Source: the human T2T-CHM13v2.0 reference genome, Homo sapiens. Taken from it: a stretch of 64,000 nucleotides of DNA. The notes under the pieces are model-generated. The model made no database searches. It was not told where the DNA came from and saw nothing but the letters and a program-made list of their open reading frames with translations. The position numbers were made by a program, and so were the translations under genes. Every line of letters begins with the position of its first letter. The first letter of the stretch is position 1. Of this stretch, positions 39,136-56,578 are shown one piece after another. The stretch lies in NCBI RefSeq assembly GCF_009914755.1, contig NC_060925.1. One strand, 5' to 3'.

Positions 39136-42100
39136 CTAAAAAGATGAAGAACACATATTCAAAAGACTGAAACAAGCACTATATTCTCTACATGGCCTTC
39201 ATTTTATCTATGCACACTGATTCTGAAACTATGCACTGGCACGAAGAGTCTCGCAGTATCTTAGTTGATCTTCAAAATAACCTGCAAGGCAGGTGTTGTT
39301 ATTCTCATTTTATAAATGAGGAAACCAGGGCTCAGGAAAATCAAATCTCATAGTCAAGTTTGGTGGAGGTACCTTTCTTGCACAGCTCAGCCTGGCTGGC
39401 AGAACAGGGGGCCCTTGGGAAAGGTGCTGGTTAACAACTGACTGGCATTCCTAGAGACCTCTGCTTGGTTAGCCCCTAATAGAGGGGAGGGACTCTTCTG
39501 CTTGGTGGGACTACAGCTAAGCCTTTGGGGCTGATCTTCCTCTTAGAACTACATTATAAACTGTAGAATGGCCATTCCACCATGCCCAACGATGAAGATC
39601 TCCCCTGGTGAGGGGAGGCATATCATACCCTTGTTGATGGTATATTTAGTTTGGAAAAAAAACAGGCAATGTCATAATACAACTTTATATTTTAAAAATT
39701 AAAAAAAATCATAATTTTGTAATATGAACTATTGAAAGTCAAGCTAGACAAAATCTTGGCTGAGTGGGATACGTTAATCATACAGGGATCCTAAATTAGG
39801 TTTATGCCCTCCTAGGCAACGGGCAGGGATGGGACATGAAGGTCTTCTGAATCTGCGAGTGAGAGAAGAAACAAAACTTTCCTGTTTATCAAAAGAGGTC
39901 ACAATGTTTAAAAGTTGAGTAATACTGGTTTAGTGGAAACGACACAGGCTTTGGAATTAGAAAGACTCTACTTTAAATTACAGCTGTGTTGGCTATCAGC
40001 TTTGTGGCTTTGGAGTTAGTATCAATCTTGCAGGACTCATTGTGAGAATTAAATGAGAAAAAATATATAATTAGCAAAGTGTCTTGCCCAGAACAGGTGT
40101 TCCATAATGACTGCTGTGTGTGAGAGCAACTGTAAAGATGGTGGACACACAGATAAATGGGCAACTCCAAGTGTGTGATGGGAGGGCAAGCAATCTCTAG
40201 TCAGGCCTGAGGCTGCTGCTCTGCTGCTCTGGGCCTGACTGCAGCACCTGAGGCAGGCAATCTTATCTTCTGCTTAACTCAAGCTGCTCCTAATAAGATG
40301 GTTCTGGTGTCTTCTTCCATGGAGGGGTGGGGGATATGGGGAAGTGGAGGCCCTGGGGGCCAAGGCCAAGTATCAAAGGCAGGCTGGCAAGGGGAAGGGG
40401 AAACTATCTTCAGCTGTATCTAGATGGAAACCTGGTATGCTCAGGAGGGTCTTTAAAAAGACACATCCGCCCCTGGAATCCTCTCCGCTTATAAGGAACT
40501 CAGAGCAAAGCACACTGTATTTGTATCTCTTGGGTTGTGGGCAGATGGACAGGCAAGGAGTGGGAAGGGCCTAGCCTGTCTATCTTCCAATGCACTGAGG
40601 GGCAAGCTGCTGGCAAATGTTTACCCACTTCCCCAATTAACGTACAATACTCATTGGCTTCTGTCAACAAACAGAGCTACTCTGCCTCTGCTTCTCATTC
40701 GTTGGCATTTTCTGCCCACCTGCTTCTGATATTGTTCTTAATTAACATGCCAGAGCTCTTCCAGCATCTTCTACTTTGTTATTTGTGGCTTGTAAATATG
40801 ATGTTTGTTGGGAGAAACGATCATTGTAATCGTGTGCTAGGAAGCAAAAGAGGATGGGAGGCTGAAGTATCAGGCCTGAGTTGCACCATGCTGGGGTTGT
40901 CATATGCAAGATTAGAGGTTCATAAACCACACCCAGTTTTCATATGAGAAAGCTGCATCCAAGAAAAGTGGCTTTCTTCAGTCACTTTGAGTGGGAGAGC
41001 TGGAATTTGAGAAGGAGGAAACTAAAATTTCTTGAACGCCTACTATATGCCAGACAACATATCCATACAACAACCATGCAAGACAGTGGAGATGATTAAA
41101 TTGAAGCTCAAAGTGGTTACCACTTGTTTACAGCCATATGGTTAATAAGTGTCTATAAAGCACAGTGGTTAAAAAGAGTGAAGCAAACCTAGAGTCAAAT
41201 CCTAGGTCTGTCACTTCCTACCAGTATGACTTTGAAGAAATTATATAACCTGAGAGCCAGTTTTCTCACCTGTAAAATGGGAATCATAGTTTCTCCTTCA
41301 TAGGTTGTTGTGATTATAGTTAAATGGAATAATGTTGGTGCAGCCTCTGGTACAGTGTCTGAGCCAATGAGTACTCAGTAGGTTGTAGCCATTACTGACT
41401 GGGTAGGGGCCCTGATCTTTCTAACTTCAAAGCTGCAGCTCTTTCACCAAAACCTCCTGGAACCCTGATCTATACCAGGCTATCTTTCTTGTTTCTTCCC
41501 CACGGCCCAGCAAGAGTGCCCCCCCTTTCCTGATCAGGTAATGCCTCCATCTCTGGAGACCCCCGTCTACAGCCTCAGTGAGGCTGTGTCACCATTGGAT
41601 TGCTTCAAAGCAAACACGGCTGTGCTGGCTGCTCCCTCTGGTGCCCTAAAAATAAAATCAAGCAATTTTTTTTCTTTGAAGGTCATTTTAGGTAAGAATT
41701 TCAAAGTGAGCAAGGACAATCTCTATTTCCATTCTCATTTGCCTGGCTTGGACAAACCAATTGAGAGAAACCTAGGGGGATGTAGGACATCATGTTTCTC
41801 CCCAGCAAGATGGTGGCCATGCTGTGAAACTGTCCTGCAGTGCTCTGGGCCCCATTCAAGAAGGACATGGAGCATGCCAGGAGGGACCTCCTGCTTAGGA
41901 AAGAGCCTAAAAGCTATGTTCTCCGAGAGACAGCTAAAGAATGGGAGATATCTCCCTGGAGAGGGGGCACTGAGAAGTGGTGGTGTTGATGTTGCTATAT
42001 GGGTAGGGAGGGGGCTGTGTCAGCCCTCTTTGAATATCTGAAGGGCTGATAAGTAGAAGACAGAGCAGATGTGTTCTGTGCAGCTCTGGGGGATACAGCT

Positions 42101-42699
42101 AGGGCTGGTGAAATAAAATCACAGGGAAGCAGAACCCAGCTAGTCAGAAACAACTTTTTACAGACAGACAGCAGCTGCCGACGTGGCTACTACTGCTTCT
42201 CTTATCTTTCTCCCTCCTCTCTCTGTTCTTTATTTTCTTGTTCTTCAGTCATCATCATAGCAGCAACTATCACTTATCGAGTGCCTACTATGTAGCTGGG
42301 AACCATGTTAAGTACTTTATATACTTTTTATATAGTACCTTAACTAGACCTCACAACAGCTCAGTGAAATAGGTACGATTCTTTCCATTTTATGGATGAA
42401 GATACCACAGGTTATCTTGCCCAAGGCTGCAGACAGAATAAGGTTTCATACTCAGGTCTGACTCTAAAGCTGATGATATGAATGATTCTGACTAACATGT
42501 CAACAGGCTGCCTTGGGGAAATGGAGGTAGGGAGGGTGGGATGGGTGAACTCTCTGCTGTTCCCAGAAGCACTCAAATAGGGGCTTACTTGCAGATGATG
42601 ACTATAGAAGCTAATGTTTATTGAGCATTTACTTTGTGCCAGGTATAGTCCAAGCACTTTAATATAAAAGGTAGGTTATCTGAGGTAGGGACAATTATT

Positions 42700-42901
42700 T
42701 TTATTTTATTTCAATAGTTTTTGGGGAACAGGTGGTTTTTGTTACATGGGTATGTTCTTTAATGGTAATTTCTAAGACTTTGGTGCACCCGTCACCCAGG
42801 CACTGTATATTGTACCCAATGTATAGTGTTTTATCCCTCATCCCCTGCAACCTTCCCGCTGAGTCCCCAAAGTCCATTATATCATTTTTATGCCTTTGCA
42901 T
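42700..42901 (-). mobile_element. 5'-truncated L1PB-like 3' end inserted into a MIR
   Basis: Antisense L1PB-like tail; 19-bp TSD tgaggta(g/a)ggacaattatt at 42681-42699 and 42902-42920. Confidence 0.88.
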
Positions 42902-43937
42902 TGAGGTAAGGACAATTATTATCCCCATTAAGCCAAAAAGCCAATGGAGAAATTGAGCCCTGGAGCAGATTAAGTAACTTGCCCAAGGTCTCAGAGCTAT
43001 TAAGGGCAGAGCCAGGCTGTGAATCAAGGCAGTCTAGATTTGGAACCCGCTACATTACATTTTCAGAGATATTGCTGAGAGTAGTTTCTATATAGAGAAA
43101 GAAGTTGGATGAGATGATCCTGAAGTTGTTTCTAACCAAGCTTCCGGGATATAAGATCTTCACTTTAAGAATGGCAATAGGTCAAGGGTCAGGAAAAAAG
43201 TCCTGAAATGTTTATAAAATATGAATACAAAAACCCAATCTGAGCTTGTGTTGTGCCATTTACTTGGGACTTTACTGAATTATCGACTCTCTAAATCAAC
43301 AAAGAAGCCCACCTTTTGGGACTCCTTGGGGGAGAAGGGTCATTCTCAGATAAGAGGTATGGCTTGATTTTGTCTATAGTTAGAAAAGGAAAGTCAACCA
43401 TCTTGACATTTTCTTCACTATACTTAGAAAACCTGAATGGATATATTTTCTCATTAGCTTAATCATTTAGCAAATTGGCTTTGTGAAACATGTTTATGTA
43501 ACAAAAATGGGACAGGTGTTCTTTGCCAAACAGAGCTATTCCTTTCTAGATCAATTTTCTTAGCAGACTGAAATTTCATATACTGTTTCTATTACTTCCC
43601 TGGGCTTCAGTTCCTTTTCTAAAAAGCCTATCACTGCTGTTGAGAAAAATGTGAATCCATGGGACAGATTCTCATCCTAGGCCACACTGCGAATCCTGGA
43701 ATGTTTGGGGTTGTGGGGGGGAAGCTCCTTAAATGCCAAATTATCTAACCCCTTCATTTCATAGAAGGGCGATCTAAAGCTTAGAGAGGTCAAGTGACTT
43801 AGCTGAGGTCACACGGTTGAATAGGAGCAGACGCAGCACTGCATGTGCAACACCCACAGAGTTTCTGACTTCTGTTTTGGGGCTCTTTCTAGTCACATCC
43901 TTCTGCCTCTCACTTTTTAGTACCTGAGCATAAACTA

Positions 43938-44159
43938 CAGGATGAGTATCACTAATGTAAAAATCCCAAATATTTCAAAATCCAAAACTTTTTGAGTGCT
44001 GACATGATGCTCAAAACAAATGCTCTTTGGAGCATTTCAGATTTTGGATGTTCTGATTTGGGATGCTCAACCAGTAGGTAAATGTTCCAAACTCTTAAAA
44101 AATCCAAAATCCAAAACATTTCTGGTCCCATGCACTTCAGATAAGGGATACTCCACCTG
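43938..44159. mobile_element. Tigger4a/MER46-like non-autonomous Tc1/mariner DNA transposon
   Basis: TIRs caggatgagtatc... and ...gatactccacctg, flanked by TA on both sides. Confidence 0.88.
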
Positions 44160-44672
44160 TACTATTAGGCTGGGAGCGACCTGAGGGCAGGAGCTGAGTA
44201 ATACTAAAAAGAATAGCAGCAGCAATACTTGCATAGCCCTTCATAGTTTGTAACATATTTACACAAACATTAACTCACAATCATGTGAGGAAGTTAGATC
44301 TTTTACATTTAATATTTCTGAGGTAATGCTTTTATTTTGAAATTGAATAAAAGAAAGTCTGGATCTAATATTTCACTTTTAGAAAAAATGCTAGGTTGGA
44401 TTTTTTTCTTCTTTTTCTTTTTAATGTTCCTAATGCATTTAACAGTTTATGGGGGAAATGCATTGCGGTAGTACTTGGAAATCAGCCCCACTCTGTAGAT
44501 TAGGAAACAAGACCCAGAGACTGGATTTGTCTATGATCACATAGGTAAGTGGTAGAGGCAGAACCAGAACCCAGGCCTTCTGCTGGTTCCCTAATAATTT
44601 TCATAGTAACTCCCCACCTCTTACAAGTAGCCTAAAAGGGTTCTCTCTCATTCCATGAGTTACAGGCTTTAG

Positions 44673-45036
<364 letters not shown>

Positions 45037-47048
45037 TATTCCTGCTTTTAAAATAAAATTTGCATTTGAGAAAGTTCCAGCATCTTAAAGGCAGAAAAGC
45101 TCTTGTTACCAAATTTTGTCTAGTATTTGTTTGCTTGCCTTGCCTCTGGTGACCAATAACTTTCATTCTCTAGACTGTGTGCTGATAGCACTGTGAGTTG
45201 AAGGGACCCTGAATAGCCTGACTCTCAGGAGCAACCCTTTGCCACGCTGGCAGAAAATCTGTAAGTCTCTTTGAGTCCACACAGAGATCAAACTCCAAAA
45301 CCTCATCCATCTCATCTTACCTCTTACGCCAATGTCAAGGACAAGCAGGTCTAATCCTCTACATTAGACACAGACAGAGCAAAATAAGTTTCTCCAAGCT
45401 TTAGGAAATCCATCCCTTCAGTTATAGACTATGTACTTCAGAAAACCCTCTCCTCTCTGAATTCCTCTGTGCTGACTGCCAAGGCTGTACATTATCTAAT
45501 GTTATCAGGATATAAAGGACCAGACTATATGGGTTCCAGTCCTGACTCTAGCAGTATGACTTTGGACGAGTCACTTTTCTTGTCTAGGCTTTAATTTTTG
45601 CATTTTTAGAAGTGTGAGGGCGAGTCAGTGGAGTAAACTGGATTGCAGTTAAGCTTTGGAAATATAATACTAACACTTAAATTCAAATCTCTTAGCCAAG
45701 TCAGTAAGATGCTTACTTGTGCACTAGTTCCCTTCTCCACTGGGTGAAAGGTTATTATAGGGATTGAAATAGCCATCAAGGGCCTGACACATGGAAGCTA
45801 TTATGATTCAGTGCCTTCTTTATGTGTAAGTAGATGGTGTCTATGTGGTTTGAGTTCCCCAGTGGCTGGAACTGTTGAAGTGTGATCCCAGGGAGGGATA
45901 CCTGGGTTGGATTCCCACTGCTATAACCTCCTAGCTGTCTGATGACCCTGGGCAAATTCAATGTTTATTTATAAAATTGAGACCTTTTTTTTGCCTCCCA
46001 GAGTTGTTGTGAGGGTCAATAATATAAAACTTATAACTCTTGTTGGGGGAAGTATTTATTTCACATTTATGTATCCACATGGAGTGACTTCTGGATGTGT
46101 TCCCTATCTCCCACACAGGGGTGAGAACAAACTTATTTGCCTGGTGAATTTGGGAGAAGGATCTGAGCTCAGCCCCTTCCTTTTCCTTTTCTGGAACCAA
46201 CCTGCTCTCATGTTACAAGGTACGAGGGCCTGCAGTGTCCAGCTATACCATGGACTGAGTGGGCAAGTCTGTTTAATTTACAGGCAAAGAATACATCAGC
46301 AAGCCCCTTGGCTGCTTAATCTCAAATCACAATCTCTGATCAACTTTTCCGGTAACAAAGGAGGTGATATTTTTATCCCCACCTGAGTGCTATGTCTATC
46401 TTTCAATTGGTCTTATGTCTTTCAATTAGTCTTGAACTAGTTAAGTGAAAGGGTATTATTTAATGGCTCCTAAAATCCCAAAAACCTCAGAGCACTAAGC
46501 AAGTACTTAACAATTAGGTTTTGATGTAACATGATACGAGGGTCACAGCTTTTTTTTTTTTTTTTTTCAAAGTCTGTTTGGTCTTGATTAAAAGATGGGA
46601 AAATCAACTAGTCAGGGCATAAATAAATTTTAAAATACATTTCCCATCTGTAACATAAAGCCACAACAAAGATTATTCTTAAAGAGATGCTTCTTTAAAG
46701 CCAAGCTATTTGAACACAAAATGAATGTGCTACTAAACTTCGTTCTGAAGAATGCATACATAATAGTATTATTTTACAGTTCTCAAAACACTTTCACATA
46801 TATTATCTAAACGTTAAAGCTATCCTAAGATTGGATTCATTTATCCTCATTTTTACAGATGAGAACACTAAAGCTCAAATAGGGGGACATTTCTTATGCA
46901 CAGTCGTACAACCAGAAATTGTCGGGGCTCAAACTTGAACGCAGGTCCTCTCCTTTCAAATCCTAAGCTCTTTGTACTCTGAGGCATATTTATGGGCTGC
47001 ATATGTAAGTTCCCAGATTATAGTGAAGCTGACTATATTTGCTTTTGA

Positions 47049-47399
<351 letters not shown>

Positions 47400-47476
47400 T
47401 AACTAATCTTTTTGGTATGCTATGAGTAATCTATTCTATTAGTTACTCTATTAGGAAAACATGCTATTAAATATCA

Positions 47477-47823
<347 letters not shown>

Positions 47824-50800
47824 CTACCATTCATTTGGTGTTAGGTGCTAGGCACTAGGCTAGTTGTTCTATATATTATCTAATTAAATGGTCCCAACAA
47901 TTCTATGAGATAAGTACTCCTATTATTTCAATTTTACAGATGAATTCTCTGAGGTCAAAAATGGTTCTGAGACTTGCTCAAGATTACATAGCTAGGAAAG
48001 AGAAGGCCAGAATTGTACCCTGGTTTGTGAGCTTCCAGCCTATATCCAGTCATTACCCTTCACTGCCTCTCAACTTCTGACCTACTTCTAAACGGAGGAC
48101 AGTTAACATGACTAACTGGCTTTCTGTTGGGCATAAAAAATGCTGCACTCTGCTGCTATGTCATGGCTTATGTCCCTAATGGGCTTTGGTGTTCCAAACA
48201 GGAACTCAAGCTGTCTTTTGTTACTGTCAACTTAGTCCTAACAACTAATCGTCTATTTTCTTTAATCACCTTTTGATGAGCTAGGAATCCCTAAAGAAAG
48301 CAGTTATACCCACAAAGTATCAGAGGGGGAACTTAGGGGAATTGCTGGGCATATGCTGAGTCAGGGTATAAAAAAATCTTTGGTAATAATAAAGTCCTTT
48401 GCAACATAAGGGATTACAATTATTAATAATAATTATTATAAACAACTATGACAACAATGTCAGTTGTACCTCTTAGCAATTTCTTCTTTACCTTTGCTGC
48501 AGGTGGTAACACACCCCAAAATGAAACTTCCAATCTGGAAGGGTCCCACTATGAGACTACTCTATGGTTTATCTCAGCTTCCTATGCAATTGCTAGGCCA
48601 GTCTGTCTCACTGGACCACAAGAAAGAAGTGGCACTGGGGTGAGGGCTTCCAGGAAACAGTGACAGATGCTCCTCTTTTCATTACTGAACTGTGACAGAT
48701 CAACTGGGGTGCTAGAGAGTGAGGCTGGGTGGGTGTCTGTGGCTGCAAAGCATAGGTGTCGAGGACATTTTCTTCCTTTGATGACGTTTTTAAGGTGGGA
48801 AAGAGAGAATGAAAGAAAAATTAAAGGAAGAACAAGGGGAGAAAAGATTAAAGTAAGAGAGGAATAGAAATTGTGCCTTGTAGGCTGCCCTGTTTGTTCT
48901 TTGTTTTATTAAATTATAATAATGGTAACAAGAGCTAACATTTATTGGGAGCTTACTAGGTGCTAACTGTGCTAAGTGCTGTATAAGCACTCATACAACT
49001 CTATGAGGGAGGTATATTACCTCCACTTTAAAAATGAGGACAAGAGGCTCAGCGAGATTATATAATCTGCCTAAGAATGCACAGGCAGGAAGTGGCAGAG
49101 CAAGGATTTAAAACTAGGTCTGACTTCAAATCTGTGTTCTTAACCACCACAGTAGATTATTTTAGTATTGTAGTCATGTACTAGACTATTTATTCTAAGT
49201 CCCTTGCTTGGGAGGACTGTACCCTTCGTGTAACTGAAATGCATATTTCCCCCATAACAGAGTGTATTATTACCTTAGGCATTTGGGTGAAATTTAGTCA
49301 TTCAATTATGACAGAGCTAGTAATTGTTAGAGCTGGATGGGTCTTTAGAGGTCATCTCTGTAGCATATGGGGACAGAAAAGCCCAGTGAGTGGAAAGAAC
49401 TTACCCAAGTTTATTCAGCATTCATGGCAAATCTGGATTCTTCATTCCTAGCCTATGCCTTTAGATGGACTGTTTAGTGAAGACACCAGCTCTAAGGTAT
49501 TATAATGTTAAAATGGTCTCAAACTTGGCACACTGTCGGGGACACCCTGGGCACCAAACAAAAGCTGTAACCTTCTCCTTGCAGTGGTATCCTTGATGGT
49601 GGCTTTGGTCACTATACTATTAAATGACAATATAAGTGGGGAAGGCCCAGAGGGGATTCTATTAAGAATGGAATGGGGAGGAAAAAACCGTCTTAGTCTA
49701 AAAACAGGAGATGATCCAAGTCTTCAGAATGAGAATAAAGAACATAAAATGAATATACAAAGAACGAGAACAGGCATGTTTCCCCATCCTGGAAAGTCCT
49801 GGAATCTGGAAGACATAATTTCAAGCAAATAAAAGAAAGTCCCGCTTTACAGAACAATTTGCAAGCTCATTGCCCCTGAAAGCATAAACTGGACACAGGC
49901 AAATTCATAAGTGAAGATTCTGTAGTGTGGCAAGATAAACCTAATGCAGATGAGCCCCAGCAGTGTGCCCAGCTTACAGGTATGCTAAGATACTGATTCT
50001 TCTCAACTCTTGGGGCAGCCAGGAACCTCAGAGCTGGGTTGCTTCTGACTCTGAGCAGCCTAGTATGGTTCTCCAGTAAGACACACAAACACCATTTTCA
50101 ATGTGTGTGGTGACTTGAAAAAGGCTGGGAATCACTGAGTTAGGGGACATGCCTCACTTTCCAAGGCCAATACCACGGAAGCAGCCAGGACCTTGTATAA
50201 AAGGTTGGTCCATAATGCTAACCACTGTGTTTGGAACAAGACATTAAGAGACAAATGAAAGGGGAGACACCTGTTTTCTGGTTAGGTTTAGAACTGTTAA
50301 GTTAGCTTAAAAGCCTTCTGAGAGATCCTGATTATTGTTAGCCTCAGAGTTTCACTAGTAGGCATGGATTAAGTGCTAATTAGGGAGGCAGTAAAAAAAA
50401 GCACTGGTGGATTTAAATCTTAGCACTGCATGTGTGCTCTTGAGTAAGTCATTTAACCTCTTACCATGAGATAAGATCCAAATTTCTCATCTGTAAGTTG
50501 GTGACAACATCACCCAACACCACATGGTCTCTTAATAGACCACATCCCTCTGGGTCTATCTCCTTCACACTTCCACTAGTGAGAGTTGAACAAAATGTCT
50601 GATCCTGTCCTGCTCCTTCTCAAAGTTCTTAAATGACTCCTTGCCAAAACAGGATAGTTCCCTTTTGCTTTGGCCTCACTTTCCCAGTTTGTACACGGTA
50701 GTGTTTCTGAGAAGGCTCCTAGCAGGACTTCAATGAAAGACGTGGCTGGAAAGACAGTTTGGACATAGATCATTAAGAGCTCAAATACCTTATTAGGTTA

Positions 50801-53451
50801 TCATTTAAACTTCTGAAAAAATCTTTTCTCCTTGGCTTCAGAGAGATCTGGAGTGGTGGGCTACATGTGCTCCTCAGGCCCAGTGGGCTAGGGAGAAAGT
50901 GAGCATTTTGAATGAATTTTAATATCCAAGCAGGGCCATGCGAGCTGGTGTGTGCATTGCTCTGCACGCAAACACCACTCAAGAGCTGGGGCTTTGAACA
51001 GGAGTTAAAAGAGTTTAGTCCCTAACGACATACAAAAGACTTGCCGGTGTGATTTATTCTGATGTATTTACTTATCCAATTACCAAAACAGCAGGAGATC
51101 ATTAAATTTTCTAGTTACCAGATGCAGCACGTTCAATATCTTAAATGTTACCAAGGCTCTCTCTGAGCTATTTTGATAGTACATTTCATCTACCCAAAAG
51201 CTTATAAAACTGGAAGGCAAGAATCATGAACAGAGCACGTGTTTTCTTTGAAGGCTGGTCCAGCAGCGGCCTGTACAATACCAAACCTATACCCAAAATT
51301 CCCAAACTCCTGGGCTTAAGCAAAAGCACCATGATGAGAAAGAAAAGTATTTAGGAAGAGAGGATGCTAGGAAAGTGGTACTTGAAGGTGGCTGGAGATA
51401 TGCATTTTACCTGGCCAGCCTTTTCTTCATGCGTATTCCCTATCAGTTTAGTTGCCATATCCACAAAGGGTCAGGGCTCAGAGCTGGGGAGGGGAGTCAG
51501 AGAACAAGCATCATTTGGGGAACTGCAAACCTGCCTCCTGACCCTAGCATACTGCTCTGATTACCTGTGTGCTCTAGGACAAGTCACTTTTTGTCCTCTG
51601 AGATTCCTTGTCTGTTAAACAAGGATGTTGATATCTGTCTGGTGTACCACCTTATGGACCTGCTATGAGCATCATCACAGCTTATCACAGTAACAACATT
51701 TTAGAAGTGGCAAAATATTTTCTCTCAAAAAATACATCAAATAAGTGAAATCTGGGTCTAAATTTTCGAACAGGGGGTAGGGGCTTGGCCCCAACATTGC
51801 TTACTATGCTGATCTCTAAATATTATCCTCTCATAGACCCTATGTGCCAGACAATTAGAGCAGTTTGCTATTCCTCAAATATGTCTTGTGCTTTTCCTCC
51901 CTGAACCTTTGCTATGTTGTTTCCTCCACCTAGACTGTCCTCCCTCTCCAGTTCTACCTGTCCCAACCTATATGTCCTTCAAGGCTCAGCTCAGATGCTA
52001 CTTTCTCCATAAAATCAGGCCTGAGTGACAGAGCCTAAATTAATCTTTCTCCTATTCCTGTAACAGAGTTAATCATAGCTGGAATCATTCACTAGGCCAT
52101 CGGCTCATGGAACACAGTGACCATATATGTTCATTGTGGTCTCTCCCTCATATGCCTATCCCATTATCCTGCATGTGGTCAATCCATGTTTACCGGACTA
52201 ATACCTTTATTTCACCTTAGGATCCTCAGACAAGGCAGTTGCCAAGGTCTGCTGGCTGACATAAGGTCAGTGTTTAAAGTGGAATGCAGGTACTGGCAAT
52301 GCCAACCCTGTCTTTTGCTAAAACAGCATTCTTATACTTTGACCAGGCAAGAGATCCTAGAGGATCTAGCTCAAGGGATCAGCCACAGTTTCACACTGAG
52401 TTATCTGTTGTGCCTTTTGATTATTTGTTTATGAGTCTGTCTCTCCAGCCAGGTTGAATTCTGAGGGCACATAAGAGATTTTACTGGCTACCTATCCCCA
52501 GGTCCTAGCATACTGCTGGAAACAGTGTAAGTTCACTACATGTTTGCTGAAAGACTGATCTACTGAATGACTAAATGGAAACTCCCCACTCCTCCCTAGA
52601 GCCTCCATGAATTCAAAGAAATGGAGTCTAGAGGAGCTGCATCCTCAGACCTCTTCCCCCAGCCTCATTCCTACAGCAGGCAGACTCCGTTGGTGATACC
52701 ATCAGCAGGTCATTCCAGCAGCTCCCTTGGCTCTGGAAGCTCTCTGGCTCTAGCTTCTGTCAGTTCTGCTACACAGATACAGGGGCTGACAGTAAGTCTG
52801 CATCAGTTGCCCTTTCAGAGGGGACAGAATTTTCCCTAAACTGCTGTTGGAATTGGCTAATTAGAAGGATTTAAAAAATCTTAATACTCTAAACAGAGAA
52901 AACTGGTTCTGAATTATTAAGCAACATTTTCAATGCATTTGAATAACCTTAGGTGACTTAGCTGCCACCTGATCCTAAGCTCTAGCTCAGATAAATAAAT
53001 GTGAAATATTGTCAAAGCCTTGGCTTATAGAAGCCTCCAGCTACAGTAAATAAAAGCTTAACTCCTCATAAACTGCCTGGGACAGAGACACTGTCATATA
53101 AAAGGAAAGAAGATGATCTTAAATAAAGCCAGTAGGACCAGGAAGCCAATGGTTTTGTTCTAGTTTTCGGAAGAGAGTTGTCAATGGGGCATGTATTATC
53201 AACATCCAGGTCATTTAATCACAGAATCACATAATATCAGAGCTGAAAGAAAATTAAGAAAACACTTAATCTCTTCATATTTTAGATAAAGAAAAAAAGA
53301 CCCAGAGACGTATGTACCTTGCTTGAGATCACATAACAAGTGGCTAGAAGAATTAAAATTTTGCCCCAGGAGACATGGTTCCCAGCTTAACCCCCTTCCT
53401 ACTGCACTACATTCTTCTCACTTTTGTTTTTTTGATTAAAAAAATTTTGGG

Positions 53452-53865
<414 letters not shown>

Positions 53866-55216
53866 ACAATCTTCTAAGAATGTCTTGCTGGAGATGTCAA
53901 AATGAGAGGCTGACAACTGGCTATAAAAACACATCTGAAAATTTTAATCAGATGGGTCACTTCTGGTGCTTGAGTTCTAGAAACTCCATGCTCCTGCCAT
54001 GCCTCCTCCCCCAAACTTGGGAGTGTTACTTCCAAGACCACCGTAAGGAGGAGGTAAGGGGAGGGTGAGAGAGAAAGAAACCAGGAATGTCACTATAATG
54101 TGGCCTCTCACTTGCCTGTCCTCAAGCTATGAAGATACCATGAGTTTCTGACTGGTAAGATGGAAAATATAAAACCAACCAACCAAACAAACAAAAATAG
54201 TGGATGAATAGCTGGGAACATTTTATTTCTTCTAATTTATTTACTACACAAGTATTTTCGGAGTGTTTACTACATGTAAGAAACCATGCTAGGTCCTGGA
54301 TTATAATAGTAAACAAGACACTATTTCTGCTCTCAGGAGTATACAGTCTAGGGCAGAATGCTGACAAGAAAAGAATTTAGAACACTGAAATTCAGAACAG
54401 TAAAGGGCCACAAGAGGGAAAAGGGTACCAGGAAACTACAAGGAAGGCAAATGCCTGGCTCAGCCCTAGGGTGTCAATTAGTTCCACATTTTTCTTTCCT
54501 CCTTGTCTCAAACTTCGTGTGTACAATTTTTTGTTTAAAAAATGTATATCTTACCTTCACTTTGTGACTATGTAAACTTGAACCAGCCATTTCTGCTTTT
54601 GGTTTTCCTAAGCCTTGGGCAAGTTACTTCCCATTTCTGCATCTCAGTTTTTTCATCTAGAAAATAGGTTTTTTTCCCCTAGTTTTCACAGTAAAGAATG
54701 CATGCATGAGGAAGGCTTGTTCACACAAGGTCTCACATAAAGCCAATTAGAGGAGGGAAAGTGAAAAAAAAAAAAAAATGGAAATAGCAAAAGAATCTTC
54801 AGGTTTGGGATTCAGCCAAACCTGAAGATTCAGATTTAGACATTAAACCTGAAGGCTTGAGGTCCTGGTTCTGGACGAAGAACAGGGTGTGGTTTTGGTG
54901 AAGTAGGCTGGGGCTGCAGTTGGCACTGCGGTGAGGTCCTGGGGAATCTACCATTTGATGCATGTGCTAATGCACTCTAGAACTCCAGTACTGGCTTTGA
55001 AAATTACAAGGAGTGTCTAGAAAAGGTTAATCTGCGCACATACACATTTGCAGTTGTTTGTGTTTACAATGGGGTTATTATACAGACTTTAAGTGAGCAA
55101 AGCGTGTCTGCGAAAGCAACTAGAATACGGAGCACAGAACTAACAATTTTTAATTTATGGCTGGATAAAATCAGATTAGATTGTATGTACAGCCTTCAAA
55201 AGCTTATTTGATTTCT

Positions 55217-55938
<722 letters not shown>

Positions 55939-56578
55939 TCAAATATTGATATTGACACTTACTGGACAATATTGAGAAATTTAAACTCTTTGAGCTTCAG
56001 TGTTCTTATTTGTAAAATGGAGACAATATCTATCTTTCAGGGAACTAATACCTGGCATACAATAGGCACAAAAAGAAATAGCTATATTCATTGTCATCGC
56101 TCCCCACCATTCCAAGTCCTCTGTAAATAAGTTAGAAAGCGGTAAGGGCAAAATTTTTAAGGCTCTGAATTCTACGCAGCTCATCTGAAATGGCTGTAAT
56201 AACCTCAAACACATTTAAAAAATTCCTTTGTGCACTTCTTTCATCTGGTCAGACGCATACAATGATGGGTTTTCTCATAAAATGCCACTGGTTCCCTCAA
56301 TATGTCTGTGGTTTAGCAACTGTTTCCTCTTTTTGCCATCAATTTCATCATAATAGCTTAGAAATGCTGAGCATTTACTATGCTAGTGCTTTATGTGTAA
56401 CACTTCATTTCATTTTTACAACAGCTCTATGAATTTCGTACTATCATTATCCTTATCCTACAGCGAGGAAACTGAGCTACCTAGAGGCTAAGTAATTTAC
56501 ACAAGATCAAACACCTAGGAAATGGTAAAAATGAGATTTAGTCTGGGACTCCAGAACTCAGTCTCCCCTGCCCTGCCC

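Noticed and set aside
41541-42041. 166-aa ATG ORF on + within the FAF1 intron
   Set aside because: No homology I recognise, no supporting splice or promoter signals; its 3' part resembles an old LINE remnant
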